The notes below the pieces were generated by a model, which was not told the DNA's origin, did no database searches, and was given only the letters and a program-made list of their open reading frames with translations. Position numbers and translations under genes: made by a program. Below, one piece after another: positions 36,144-49,590 of a stretch of 64,000 nucleotides of DNA; within the stretch, counting starts at the first letter, position 1; each line of letters opens with the position of its first letter. This stretch comes from Eledone cirrhosa. Its lineage: Eukaryota. Location of the stretch: assembly GCA_964016885.1 (NCBI GenBank), contig OZ024763.1:21390001-21454000 (forward strand). Direction: 5' to 3'.

Positions 36144-36420
36144 GTGGGGTCACCAGTTGGTGCTACTGGTAACATGTATCCCAGTACAACCTGTCTCATG
36201 GTTGGGTCGTTGTCGACTAAACTGGCAACCCCACCAAGGTTTCCTTGGTGAGGAGGGTGACTTTGGACATCCTGCAGGACTAAAAACAGAACCTGTCAAA
36301 GGGAAAAGGAGCTCTTAAGAGTCAATGGCCAGCCAAAATCACCGGGAGAGATGACCCCTTAGCCTTTGTCAAGGCAGAATTCTACGAGAAGGAAAACTCT
36401 GATATAACACCTGCAACTCT
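36144..36420 (+). mobile_element. Probable RTE-type LINE 5' UTR relic
   Basis: Contains aaggcagaattctacgagaaggaaaactctga, resembling RTE 5' UTR motifs as I recall them; highly structured 5' end. Confidence 0.4.
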
Positions 36421-36751
36421 GATGGTATCCAATGATGTTGACTTGTTCTTCTTTTTGGTAAATATCATCTTGGTTAAGAGAGTGGGACTGGCTTTGTGAA
36501 GTGCCTTTGCTCACTATAAAAGCTTCACGGCACAGGCATTGCTTTATATCTGGAGATCTCTCTGCACTTGTCATCACATGGTACCATAGGCCCAGCACTA
36601 TCTGCCAATAATTGTCACAGGTGTAGTGTTTGTACCAGAGTTTTCAAGTCGCTGGCTGAACTAAAAAGTCACACTCGTTCAGCGCATCGGTAAGGGGTTC
36701 TCCTACATGGATATAAAGTAGTGGCCGTACTCGAAAACGAGTTGGCAGCCA

Positions 36752-36812
<61 letters not shown>

Positions 36813-36890
36813 CACATATATATGTATATATATAACCCATGCTAGCGTGGAAGATGGACGTTAAACGGTGATGATATATATATATACATA

Positions 36891-36931
<41 letters not shown>

Positions 36932-36934
36932 ATA

Positions 36935-36973
<39 letters not shown>

Positions 36974-37441
36974 CAGTAAAAGAACAACACTAAAGAAGAT
37001 GTTACTCTCTCCCATCAGATGGCTCTGACTGGAAGCTTAAAGCACTTTCTGCTTAAGTTTGTTTTCATTTTTTCTCTTAACTGGATTTCACGGTAGAAAG
37101 TGATATTATAATAGAAATCTATCTGAGAGCTATCTGCTCTCGAGATGCTTCTAGAAACATAATTTCATCCCTACTGTTGACGTAACATGTCTTATAATAT
37201 TAAACACTCTGCCATATTTCTTTCTCGTTATCGCTCTTTTTCGCTCACTCTCTCTCTCTCGCTCTCTCTCTCTTGCTCTCATCTCATCTCTCTCTCTCTG
37301 TCAACTCTCTTTTTTGCCCCCCCCCCTCTTTTTTTCTCTCTGTCAAGTCTCTCTGTCTCTCTCTCTCCTTCTCTCAATTCTCTCTATATCAAGTCTCTCT
37401 CTCTCTGTCTCTCTCTGTTAACTCTCTTTTTTGCTCTCTCT

Positions 37442-37479
<38 letters not shown>

Positions 37480-37939
37480 TCTTTATCAACTCTCTCTATC
37501 AACTCTCATCTCATCTCTCTCTCTATCAACTCTCTCTCTCTCTCTCTATCAAGTCTCTCTCAATCAACCCTCATCTCATCTCTTTCTCTCATCCCCCCCT
37601 CCAATCTCCTTTCTACACAGCTGTCATTTTAAACAGGTTTCACAGACACCCTACTTACTCCTTCCTCTAGGTTGCAGTGTGTGATGTGTGTTAAGATAAA
37701 AAGGCTGCATAATTGAACATACCTGTCTATGTTTGTAAACCCTTTACCTGTCATGTCTATCTTGCTACCTGGTTGTCTGTGTGTCTCGTTTTCTCTCTAT
37801 CTGTCCAACTATCTAGCTGTTTATCTATCTATGTATCTATTTATCTATTTATTTATCCACCTATCTATCTATTTATCTATCTAGCTCTCTGTCTGTCTAA
37901 CTATCGATCTGTCTGTCTGCCTGGCCATCTGTCCAACTA

Positions 37940-39040
37940 TCTGCGCTCAGGCTGCGGCATCTCTACGTATTCCTCACCGGACAACCGGTGTGGGCCCCGT
38001 TCGTGAGGCAAGCCTTCCCATGACTCGTCTCGCTGACCGAGCTGCAGTCCTGGGTCAAGCAGAGACCGAGGAAAATGGGCGACTGGCACATCGAATGTGC
38101 TCAGGCGCTCACAGCCCTCTGGCAGGCGGACCCGGCGATCAGTGGAGACTCCACTTCGTCATTCTATAGAGGGTTGGTCCGCAGCAAGTGCGACGACGCG
38201 CTCGGTGAAACTCTAGGCGTAGAGGAAGATGAACTGGCCAGTCTGTTCGGTAGGACCTTCCGCCCGGGACCGATGGACAACTTTCAAAAGTCCCTGGCCT
38301 GGCAGTGCTACCGAGGAGCTCTACCAGTTCGAGACAAGCTCTACAGACATGGGCTCCCGGGCAGGGACCCTGCAAAAAAGATATGTCCGAGGTGCGTGCG
38401 TAACGAAGAAACCGTCGCGCACGCATTCATACACTGCCCGGACGTCACTGACCTGTGGGGCTATGTAGAACAACTATTGTCGCGGGTGGGACCAATCCGG
38501 TTGACCACTGAGTCCATTGTCATGATCAAACCGCCACCCTCCTTCAAAAACGAATGAGAGGCGGTTTTCCTTTGTGTGATAGCTATGGCGAAAGAGGTTG
38601 TATGGTGGACAAGGTTGAAAGGGCTGAGGTCAGACACCTTTCTCTCCGGCCAACAACTGATTCTTTTTTTCAAATACCACTTTGGAAGAAGAATCAGGAT
38701 GGAGAGAGAGAGGTGCTGTACCCCAGCAAGTTTTATGAAAGGTGGGTGAAAGTGGCGAGAATGGCCCGAGTGAATGGGCCTTCTCTCTATATCAGCCTGT
38801 AGGTTGAGGAAAAGGAGGAGGAGAGGAAAGGAGTACAAACTCTTCGTACTCCTGGAGATGAGGGTTGCACATTTTTTCGGGGGTATGTGTTACCCATATG
38901 AACTGTCTCCCCCTATTGGGGAAAATCGACTAACTTTTAAATTACATTTGTGATAATATTTTACACATTTTTATTGTATGTAAACTTCCCCCTTTGTATT
39001 TGTCCCCTTCTTTTGTGCCCCTGTGGCTAATAAAGAAACA
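37940..39040 (+). mobile_element. Tx1/L1-type LINE 3' fragment in (CTAT)n
   Basis: AWQCYRGALPV, CCHC knuckle CPRCVRNEETVAHAFIHC, ..F.ERW..; 3' end ctgtggctaataaagaaa; disrupted frame. Confidence 0.8.
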
Positions 39041-39164
39041 TATCTATCTATCTGTCTGTCTCTCTGTCTGTTTATCTATCTATTTATCTATCTATCTGTT
39101 TGCCCATCCATCAGCAGGATTTGAACTCAGAATGTAAAGTGTCAGATCAAATACTGACTAATAA

Positions 39165-39640
39165 TGGTTCCTGTTTTAGGTACAAGGCCAACAATTTTTG
39201 GGGAAGGGGAAAACGATTAAATCTACCCCAGTACATTACTGGTACATTATTTTATCGACCCTGTAAGGATGAAAGGCAAAGCTAACTTTTAGCAGGATTT
39301 TAATTCAGAAGGAAAAAGGACATAACTCTATGTCGTAAAAATGTTGTGCGACGCTCTACCGGTTCTATTGCCAATCCATCCCTTTATAACAACAATAATT
39401 GTTTCTACTTTAGGCAGAAGGCCAACAATTTTTTTTGGGGGGGAGGGAAAAGCGATTAAATCAACCCCAGTGTGTTACTGGTACTTTATTTTATTGATAG
39501 CGTAAGGATAAAAGGCAAAGCTAACCTCAGCGTGATTTGAGCTCAGAATGTAAAGGGCCGTAACATTCATATCAGAATGAAAAGGGACTTAACCACATGC
39601 CGTAAAGTTGTCTGACGCCCTACTGATTTTACTATCAATC
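39165..39640 (-). mobile_element. Two SINE family A copies (long-tail variant)
   Basis: Reverse complement of the consensus at 39165-39380 and 39400-39640. Confidence 0.75.
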
Positions 39641-40087
39641 CACCACACTTCTTACCTGACTAATAACAGACCAACATTTTCTACACTCTATTTCACAACA
39701 AGAATCTTACAAAACACACACAAAACCTTATAAAACTATCTAACATAAAACTGCATTTAAAAAAACACATTTGTTTTTAGTTTGCACATGTTAATGTTAC
39801 ACTATGCTTTTAAGGTTTATTACCTTAAGGTGGTAGGTGTAATTTGACGAGATAGAGCCACTATTTGAAGCACTCAAGTAAACCACATAATGCCTCCCTC
39901 GATGCTTCATCAAGCAATCTTCTAGAAAATTCCTTGTTGACTTGATGGCAGCAAAAATGTCATCTTTTACAACAGTAAATCCTCTTTTCTATTTCTGACT
40001 TGACAAAGCTTCTTCTCTATAGGGTCCACTCAAAATTTCTCCATTTTTATTTTTGTATTACTTGAGCTAACGGATTTTCTCAAATAC

Positions 40088-41482
40088 TTGACCCTTTTAA
40101 CACCAAACTTCCTGAAACTTCCTCTTCTACAATACTAAACTGTTTATTTTTAAGTATATATTTATCTAAAAACCTTCCATCATAGTTTTATGTAACTACC
40201 TTTGTTAAGTTATGTTCCAAACTGCCTGAAACTTCCCGTTTTCTACAATGCAAAGCTGTTTATTTTAATGTGCTTATATTAATCTAAAAACTTCCAACAT
40301 AAATTTATGTAACAACCTTCGTTAAGTTATGTTCCAAACCACCTGAAACTGATCCTGGTTCTATGATACAAAACTATTTACCTAAAAATCTTCCATTATA
40401 TTTTATGTAACAACCTTTGTTAAGCTATGTTCCAAACCGTCTGAAACTTCCCATTTTCTACAATACAAAGCTGTTTATTTTAATATGCTTATATTTATCT
40501 AAAAACTTTCCATCATAATTTTATGTAAGAACCTTTCTTAAGTTATATTCCAACTATCCCTGGTTCTACAATACAAAGCTGTTTATTTTAAAGTATTTAT
40601 ATTTATTTAAAAACTTTCCATCATAATTTTATGTGAGAACATTTGTTAAGTTATGTTCCAAGCACCAGCTTAACCCTTTTGATACCAAACTGCCTGAAAC
40701 TGTATCAGATTCTATGCAACAAAGCTGCTTATTCTAAAGTGTTTACATTTATCTAAAAGTCTTCCATCATAATTTTATGTAACAACCTTCGTTAAGTTAT
40801 GCTCCAAACTGCCTGAAACTGCCGTAGGTTCTATAATACAAAGCTGTTTATTTTAAAGTGTATATATTTATCTAAAAAACATTCCATCATAATTTTATGT
40901 AACAACCTTTGTTAAGTTATGTTCCAAACTGCCTGAAATTGCCCCAGGTTCTATGATACAAAGCTGTTTACTCTAAAGTGTTTATATTTATCTAAAAACC
41001 TTCCTTTGTAATTTTATGTAACAACCTTTGTTAAGTTATGTTCCAAACTGCCTGAAATTACCCCAGGTTCTATGATACAAAGCTGTTTATTCTAAAGTGT
41101 TTATATTTATCTAAAAACCTTCCTTCATAATTTTTCTGTAAGAGCCTTTCTTAAGTTATGTTCCAAACACCCCTAGTTCTACAATTCAAAGCTGTTTATG
41201 TTAAAATGCTTATATTTATCTAAAAACCTTCCACCATACTTTTATGTAAGAACCTTTGTTATGTTATGTTCCGAGAACTAGCTTAACCCTTTTGATACCA
41301 AACTGCCTGAAAACTGCCCCAGGTTCTACAATACAAAGCTGTTTATTCTAAAGTGCTTATATTTATCTAAAACTTTTCCATCATAATTTTATGTAAGAGC
41401 CTTTGTTATGTTATGTTCCAAGCACCAGCTTAACCCTTTTGATACCAAACTGCCCGAAAACTGCCCCAGGTTCTATAATACA
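40088..41482. repeat. ~120-bp tandem array derived from a piggyBac-like MITE end
   Basis: Unit ccaaactgcctgaaactgccccaggttctatgatacaaagctgtttatt...gttaagttatgtt; some units start ttaacccttttgatacc; relatives at ~20015-20110 and 62020-62590. Confidence 0.8.
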
Positions 41483-41851
41483 TAGTGACATAGGGCGTGT
41501 CTCAGGTATTTAAGCCTGGTGGTGCTTATCTGCTCTCTAGGTCTGGACTTAGCTAATTTATTCCAGAGAAGGAAAGAGAGTGTAATAGCGAGGAAACAAG
41601 AAAGAGATATAGAGGAAGAATTAACTCCAGTACTACAGCCACCTCTATAACACCATCACCCTATTACCACCACCATATGTGAAGGTGCATGGCTTTGTTT
41701 CAGTATTATATATATATATTTCTTCTGATGAAGGAGTAGCGTCCAAAACGTTAAGTCCCTCTTCCTGCTATATCAAGCGTTAACGTAATATATTCCTTCC
41801 ATATACTGTACCGATTGTATTGTTATTTCTGTTTACCCGTTACATATATAT

Positions 41852-41990
41852 ATGGTTTAGTGGTTAGAGCATTGGGCTTGCAATCGAAAGGTTGTGAGTT
41901 CAATTCTCAGACCGGGTGATGTGTTGTTTCCTTGAGCAAGACACTTTATTTCACATTGCTTCAGTTTACTCAGCTGTAGAAATGAGATGA
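41852..41990 (+). mobile_element. CORE-type SINE (family B), partial
   Basis: tggtttagtggttagagc...gagttcaattc...ccttgagcaagacactttatttcac. Confidence 0.7.
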
Positions 41991-42286
41991 TAGGGACTGG
42001 GGTCCCTATCATTAAATCACCCAAGACACCCCCAACGCGATATACTTTGGAGGAGGCCAGCTAAACCTGCATAGGTGTGGGCTGTAACAACAAGAACAAC
42101 ACCACCACCATCACCAACCTCACCACAGCAACACCACCATCACCCCATTACTACCCCCCCCCCCCCCCCCCCCCCACCAACAACCACAACAATATCGTCT
42201 TATTCCTGTTTGTTTTTTAATCTTTTATTAACATTCTTAGTTAAGAAAACAATTTTTTTCAGATTTTTTCAAAACCTATAATAATA

Positions 42287-42325
<39 letters not shown>

Positions 42326-44985
42326 TTACATTGGAAAGCTTGAGTCCCTACTGAATGGGACACTAAAAAACATAGACACTAAAAATAGACTGGAAATAAA
42401 GTACAAAATTAGGAGGAAAAAGCTAAATATTATCATAGGGGAACTGAAGCAATGCATTGTAGCAAAGAGTGCAAAAATTAGGCGATACGAGAACAGAGTC
42501 AGTCAGTATAGACAGAACCACATGTTTGACAACAACCAGAAGATGCTGTTTGGACAGCTTGAAGGGAAAGAAAGAAGCAACGACTTGATCCCTGAGGCGG
42601 AACAAACTAAGACATTCTGGAGAGGAATATGGGAGCAAGATGTTAAACATAATGACCAGGTAGTGTGGATTGAGACAGTACAAAAGGAGATTAGTGAACA
42701 GGCACACCAACAACCTGATTTGAGTATCACAGTTGAAACTCTTAAGGGGCAGGCCAAAAAACTAACCAACTGGAAATCACCAGGCCCAGATGGTGTGCAG
42801 GGGTATTGGATTAAAAATATAACATCCCTCCACCCGAAACTGACAACCATGTTCAATGACTGCTTGATGTCAAGTGAGGTACCAGAGTGGTTGACAAAAG
42901 GTACCACAGTTCTGGTAATGAAAGACCGAATCAAGGGTAATGATGTTACCAACTATAGACCTATCACATGTCTGTCCGTAATGCGGAAACTGTTGACAAA
43001 CATTATGTCTGAGGAAATCTACCATCACCTCCACACAAACAACTTGTTACCGGACGAACAGAAAGGATGCCGAAAGAAGTTCCGTGGTACAAAGGACCAG
43101 TTACTTATTGATAAGATGGTAATGAGGAATTGCAAGAGGAGACACACTGGTCTTGCCATGGGATGGATAGACTACAAAAAGGCATTTGACATGGTGCCTC
43201 ATTCTTGGATCACCAAAAGCCTAGAGATCTTCAAGATGGCAGATAACATCAGACAGTTGTTGGGCAAAAGTATGCAGTCCTGGAAAACAGAGTTAACATC
43301 ATCTGGAGAATCCTTGGGAGGGGTGAAGATCAAGAGAGGTATCTTCCAGGGAGATAGTCTGTCCCCTCTGTTGTTTGTCCTTGCCCTGATGCCCCTGAAC
43401 ATTATTCTGCGAAAAGTGAGAGCAGGATATAAGTTGGGAAAGGGAGAGCTTACCATCAATCACCTCCTCTTCATGGACGATCTTATGCTCTTTGGGAAGA
43501 GTGAGAAGGAGTTGGATGTGCTTGTTGACACTGTCTGTATTTTCAGCAATGATATATGTATGCAATTTGGTATTAGTAAGTGTGGAGTCCTTGTGATGAA
43601 GAGGGGTAAATTGAGCAGAAGCAACGGAATCCAGGTACCAACAGGTGAGATGATAAAGGAAATTGACACTGAAGAAGGATACAAGTATTTGGGTGTTCTG
43701 GAGACTGATGACATCAAGAACAAAAAAATGAAGGAATTGATAAGATCTGAATACATTCGGAGAGTAAGGAGCGTATTAAAGTCACACCTGAACAGTAGGA
43801 ATGCCATAAGTGCAGTAAATTCCCGAGCTGTGTCTATTATTAGGTACAGTGCGGGAATTCTGAGATGGAATGTTGCTGAACAAAAAGAAATGGATAGGAA
43901 GACTAGGAAGCTATTGACTATCTACAACATGTTCCACAAGAGGAGTGATGTCGATAGACTCTTCTTAAGGAGATCTGAAGGTGGAAGAAGTCTTATCAGC
44001 ATAGAGGACTGTGTTCAGATGGAGAAAAACAACCTACACAAATACGTGACTGATAGTAAGGAGCCAATGCTCAGAATTGTACTGAAGGAGAGGACAATAG
44101 ACCAGGGGATGTCCAAGGAGGAAATAACAAGGAGCAAGAGCAGCCTTCATGAAAAATCCCTTCATAGTACCTTCTTTGAGAAAACTGAATTCAGAGATCC
44201 ACAGACATGGAACTGGTTGAAAAGAGGAGACCTTAAAAAGGCTACAGAAGGAATGCTAATGGCTGCGCAAGAGCAGGCCCTCAAAACGAAGTGGTTGAAA
44301 CACCATATTTACAAGGAGGAGGCTAGCCCACTGTGCAGGATCTGTGGAGAGAGAGAGGAGACTGTGGCTCACATTGTATCCGAGTGTAAACACCTAGCCC
44401 AGACTCACTATAAGGGCTGGAGACATGATGTGATGGGCAGGGTGATCCACTGGCACCTATGCAAAGTAAACAATTTACCACATTCTGAGAAGTGGTATGA
44501 GCATAAGCCAGAGTCGGTGATAGAAAACGATCAGGTGAAGGTGCTGTGGGATTTTAGGATACAGACGGACAAGAAACTGGAACACAATAGACCTGACCTG
44601 GTGGTTTTGGACAAGGAAAAAAGATTGTGCCTGATTGTGGATGTGGCCTGCCCATTCGACACGAGAGTGCAAGAGAAGGAGAGGGAGAACATTAACCGAT
44701 ACCAGGACTTAAAGTGGGAGGTAAAAAGGATTTGGAACTGCCATGAAGTCAAAGTGGTCCCGATTGTCATAGGTGCACTAGGTACTATCTCAAAAAGTTT
44801 CCAGGGATGGTTAAAGAAAATTGGCCCCGCCACGCTTTTTGGAACGCTTCAAAAGGCATGCTTGCTGGGAACAGCAAGAACCCTCCGATACGTCCTGAAT
44901 ATCTGAGGCTGCAGGTAGTGGCTTGATATTCATTTCAACAAACTTTCCAGTTAACTAACATCAATGACTGAGACTCAAAGAATAA
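42326..44985 (+). mobile_element. R4/Dong-like restriction-like-endonuclease non-LTR retrotransposon, 5'-truncated, inserted in (TAA)n
   Basis: (TAA)n at 42278-42325 and after 44981; RT-CCHC-RLE ORF. Confidence 0.85.
42522..44906 (+). CDS. RT + CCHC zinc knuckle + PD-(D/E)xK restriction-like endonuclease
   Basis: NWKSPGPDG, NYRPITCL, EQKGC, WIDYKKAFD, RGIFQGDSLSPLLF, HLLFMDD, YKYLG, CRICGEREETVAHIVSEC, RHD, RPDLV..LIVDVACPFD, PIVIGALG. Confidence 0.9.
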   Translation: MFDNNQKMLFGQLEGKERSNDLIPEAEQTKTFWRGIWEQDVKHNDQVVWIETVQKEISEQAHQQPDLSITVETLKGQAKKLTNWKSPGPDGVQGYWIKNITSLHPKLTTMFNDCLMSSEVPEWLTKGTTVLVMKDRIKGNDVTNYRPITCLSVMRKLLTNIMSEEIYHHLHTNNLLPDEQKGCRKKFRGTKDQLLIDKMVMRNCKRRHTGLAMGWIDYKKAFDMVPHSWITKSLEIFKMADNIRQLLGKSMQSWKTELTSSGESLGGVKIKRGIFQGDSLSPLLFVLALMPLNIILRKVRAGYKLGKGELTINHLLFMDDLMLFGKSEKELDVLVDTVCIFSNDICMQFGISKCGVLVMKRGKLSRSNGIQVPTGEMIKEIDTEEGYKYLGVLETDDIKNKKMKELIRSEYIRRVRSVLKSHLNSRNAISAVNSRAVSIIRYSAGILRWNVAEQKEMDRKTRKLLTIYNMFHKRSDVDRLFLRRSEGGRSLISIEDCVQMEKNNLHKYVTDSKEPMLRIVLKERTIDQGMSKEEITRSKSSLHEKSLHSTFFEKTEFRDPQTWNWLKRGDLKKATEGMLMAAQEQALKTKWLKHHIYKEEASPLCRICGEREETVAHIVSECKHLAQTHYKGWRHDVMGRVIHWHLCKVNNLPHSEKWYEHKPESVIENDQVKVLWDFRIQTDKKLEHNRPDLVVLDKEKRLCLIVDVACPFDTRVQEKERENINRYQDLKWEVKRIWNCHEVKVVPIVIGALGTISKSFQGWLKKIGPATLFGTLQKACLLGTARTLRYVLNI

Positions 44986-45519
44986 ATAGTAATAATAATA
45001 ACAAATTAAAAAAAACTTTTTAAATGTCTTATTATAAAACTAAAAGATGAATTCTATATAATTTCCTCACTCTGTAGCTGAAGAAATGATTAAAAATAAA
45101 ACCCCAAAAAGCCTGAAACAGTTATGGCGATATTTGATAGTTTTATTTAATAGTTTTTAAAAAATTTTTATTTAAAAAAAAAAAATTCAAAGTGAAATAA
45201 AATCAGAGAATTGAAAAATAAAATAAATTTTAATGATGAGTAAGTAGAAAGAAAGAGAGACAAAAGACAGGAATTGTTGTTATCATTATTATTATTATTA
45301 TTATTATCTGCACTTTATGTTGGCATTTGTAATAAGATTTTAAAGAGAAAAATAAAAAAACACCTGTACAAAATTAAAATAAAACAAAATAAAACAAAAT
45401 AAAACAACTGAACATACCAATACTAAATAGTAGTAGTACTACTAATACCACTAGTGAATACCAAATATTACTACTACTACCACTAGTGAATACTAAATAT
45501 TACTAGTGCTATTAATAAT

Positions 45520-45737
45520 GATTTCTACTATAGGCACAAGGCCAGCAATTTGGGGGTGCTGGGAAAGTTGATTAAATTGACCCCAGTGCATTACTGGTAC
45601 TTTATTTTATCAGCCCTGTAAGGATGAAAGGCAAAGCTAATGTTGGCAGGATTTGAACTCAGAATGTAAATGGCCATAACTCTATGCTGCAAAGCATGGT
45701 ATCCAACGCTCTACCGATACTGTCAATCCACCGCCCT
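45520..45737 (-). mobile_element. SINE family A
   Basis: Reverse complement of the consensus. Confidence 0.75.
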
Positions 45738-45807
45738 ACTAGTGCTACTTATACTAATACCAGTAGTGAATACTAAATATTACTACTACTACTGCTACTA
45801 ATACTGA

Positions 45808-46232
45808 TTTCTTTATTAGCCACACAGGGCTCACATTAAGGAAACATTAAAGACAGTACAGTACAATACAGTGTGTGGGGTTTTTCCCGTGTAAAATATA
45901 ATTTATAAAAGAAACTAAGAAAATAAACATTTAAAACAAACATAACATCTCCAAAGGTGAGGAGACTCTAAGGGTCACTTGTGTAGAAATCCTACAAAAG
46001 TCACGGTCACCCTGTCCGCTAGGGCAAAGTGACCGCTCCCAGTCTTTCTACTCCAGTCTACAGGTGTATACTCAAGGCAGGCCCATTCACATGGACCATG
46101 CTCACCCCTCTCACCCACCTTTCAATAAACTGGTTGGGAAGCAGCACTTCCCTCTCCACCCTGATTTTCCTCTTCAAGTGAAACCTGAAAACCTTAATCA
46201 GAGCTTCGCCAAAGAAGAAAATGGCTGTCTTC
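45808..46232 (-). mobile_element. Tx1/L1-type LINE 3' fragment
   Basis: Minus frame FRFHLKRKIRVEREVLLPNQFIERWVRGVSMVHVNGPALSIHL* is homologous to 38670-38802; end gtggctaataaagaaa. Confidence 0.75.
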
Positions 46233-46379
46233 AACTACTGCGAATAATGCTAATACAAATACTACTACTAATACAAATACTACTACTAATACAAATACTA
46301 CTACTAATACAAATACTACTATTACTGCTACTAATGCTAATACTAGTACTATGACTGTTACTATTGCTGCTGTCACAAC

Positions 46380-47445
46380 TACCACCGACAACACCCATCA
46401 TCACTACTACCACCACAACCATCATAACCATCACTATCATCATCATTGTCGTCACAGTAATAACATCACCACCAACACCACCACCACCACCACCACCACC
46501 ACAACCACCACCAACATAACAACACCACTAACACCACCAACACCAACACTAACACCACCACCACCACCACCACTAACACCACTAACACCATCACTAACAC
46601 CACCAACACCACCACTAACACCACCACCACTAACACCACCACCACCACAACCACCACCAACACCACTAACACCACAACCACCACCACCACCAACATAACA
46701 ACACCACTAACACCACCAACACCACCACTAACACCACCACCACTAACACCACCACCACTAACACCACCACCACCACAACCACCACCAACACCACTAACAC
46801 CACTAACACCACCACCACCACTAACACCACTAACACCACCACCACCACTAACACCACTAACACCATCACTAACACCACCAACACCACCACTAACACCACC
46901 ACCACTAACACCACTAACACCACCACCACCACAACCACCACCAACATCAACACCACCACCAACACCACTAACACCACCACCACCACTAACACCACCAACA
47001 CCACCACTAACACCACCACCACTAACACCACCAACACCACCACCACTAACACCAACATCAACACCACCACCAACACCACTAACACCACCACCACCACCAC
47101 TAACACCACTAACACCATCACTAACACCACCAACACCACCACTAACACCACCACAATCACCACCAACATCAACACCACCACCAACACCACCAACACCACA
47201 ACCACCACTACCACCAACACCACAACCACCACCACCACCAACACCACCACCACCACCGCCACTAACACCACCACCACCACAACCACCACCAACATCAACA
47301 CCACCACCACTAACACCACCGCCACTAACACCACCACCAACACCACTAACACCACAACCACCGCCACCACCAACACCACCACCACCACAACCACCACCAC
47401 AACCACCACCACCACCACCAACACCACCACTAACACCACCACCAA
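46380..47445. repeat. (ACC/AAC/ACT)n compound trinucleotide repeat
   Basis: Directly visible. Confidence 0.9.
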
Positions 47446-48261
47446 TCAACACAAAATTGATATTGTACTTTGCCATTGATTGTGGAAGAGTTTAATCATT
47501 GCTGTAACTAACACACACACACATATACACATATAGACCCACTAATGCATGCACACACACACACTAGTACATGCACACACACATGCATATGCACACCCAC
47601 TAATACATGCACACACACTTACACATGCACACTCACTCATACGTATCGTAAAACAGAGAAACACACACATGCACACACACACACACACACACACACAGAT
47701 GTTCTGCCACAGGCACACACACACACAGACAGACATACACACACAGACACACACACTGACACACACATAGACACAGACAGACACATAGACACACTGACAC
47801 AGACAGACAGATAGACACAGACACACAGACACAGGCATACATACACAGATTAACACAGACACTCACACATAGACACACTGACACAGACACACGCGCACAC
47901 ACATGCAGACACACACACACATATGAAAGGAAGAAGGATGAAGCTGTATGCAGATGACAAAAAATAAAAATATGACAAGAAACTAAATATAAATAAAATA
48001 AAGATAAAATAAATATAAAACATATAAACCAATAAAAAAAATGAATAAGGAAAAAAAAGGAAAGAAAGAAAGAAGGGAGCAAAGAAGAAATATTTGACAT
48101 GCATTCTGACTTCGAATCTCCCTGTGAAGTCTCACCTCTCTACCTACCGTTCTCTCTCTCTGTCTGTACCTCTCTCTCTCTGTCTCTACCTCTCTCTGTC
48201 TGTCTCTCTCTCTCTCTCTCTCATATATACATATATATATATATACTTCTCTCTTTCTATG

Positions 48262-48296
<35 letters not shown>

Positions 48297-49091
48297 CTCT
48301 CTCTCTACTTCTCTCTCTCCTTCCCCCTTCTGTCCATTAATCTTCTCTTTCTCTTCTCTCTTGTGAGATGGGGTGGGGGTGGAGAAACCCTGCCTTGGAA
48401 TCTCCCTGTGAAGTCTGCCTTACCCTCTCTACCTCCCATGCTACCCACCTCTATCTCTTCTCTCTTCTTCTTCTCTCCTTCCCTCCCCTCCATTTCCTCA
48501 TCTGCCTCATCATCCACCTCCTCCTCATCTTTCTGGTGGGGAAAAGAGAGAGAGAGAAACCTTGACTTCGAAATCTCCCTGTGAAATTTGCTCCCTCCCC
48601 ACCACCCATTCTCCCTGCCCTTGCCCTCTCTCTCCCTTTTTTTGCTACCCTCCCTTCCCTCCATCCATCTCCTGCTCCTCATCTACCTCCTTTTCCCCCT
48701 CAGCTTCCTTTCTCAGGGAGAGATAGAGCGAAAGAGATAGATAGATAGAGAGTGAGAGGGGGGGGGGGAGAGAGAAAGACAAAAAGAAAAAGATAGATAG
48801 AGAGAGAGAGAGAAAGAGAAACCAAGCAAAGCAAGCGGCATGCTTATTCATAATATCTTCTCCTCCTCCGAAAGCAGCAGCCTGTTGTTGTCTGTCTGTC
48901 TGAGCCTGTCATGGAGATGATGATGATAATGAGGAGGAGGAGGAGGAACCTATGATGATGATGATGAGGACGAACCTATGATGATGATGATGATGATTAT
49001 GATGGAAATGACAGTAGGTGGGTTCTTCCTACCCTTAACAAACCTATCACAATAACTACAACAGCAACAACAACCACGACAGCAGCACACC

Positions 49092-49590
49092 TATAATAGT
49101 AATAATAGTAATAATAATAATAGTAATAATAATAGTAATAATAGTAATAATAATAGTAATAATAATAGTAATAATAGTAATAATAATAATAGTAATAATA
49201 ATAGTAATAATAGTAATAATAATAGTAATAATAAAATAATAGTAATAATAATAGTAATAATAAAATAATAATAATAATAATAATAGTAATAATAATAGTA
49301 ATAATAATAGTAATAATAAAATAATAATAGTAATAATAAAATAATAATAGTAATAATAAAATAATAATAGTAATAATAATAGTAATAATAAAATAATAAT
49401 AGTAATAATAGTAGTAATAATAGTAATAATAAAATAATAATAGTAATAATAATAGTAATAATAATAGTAATAATAAAATAATAATAGTAATAATAATAGT
49501 AATAATAATAGTAATAATATAATAATAATAGTAATAATAAAATAATAATAGTAATAATAATAGTAATAATAATAGATAATAATAGTGATA
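49092..49590. repeat. (TAA/TAG)n microsatellite
   Basis: Directly visible. Confidence 0.9.
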
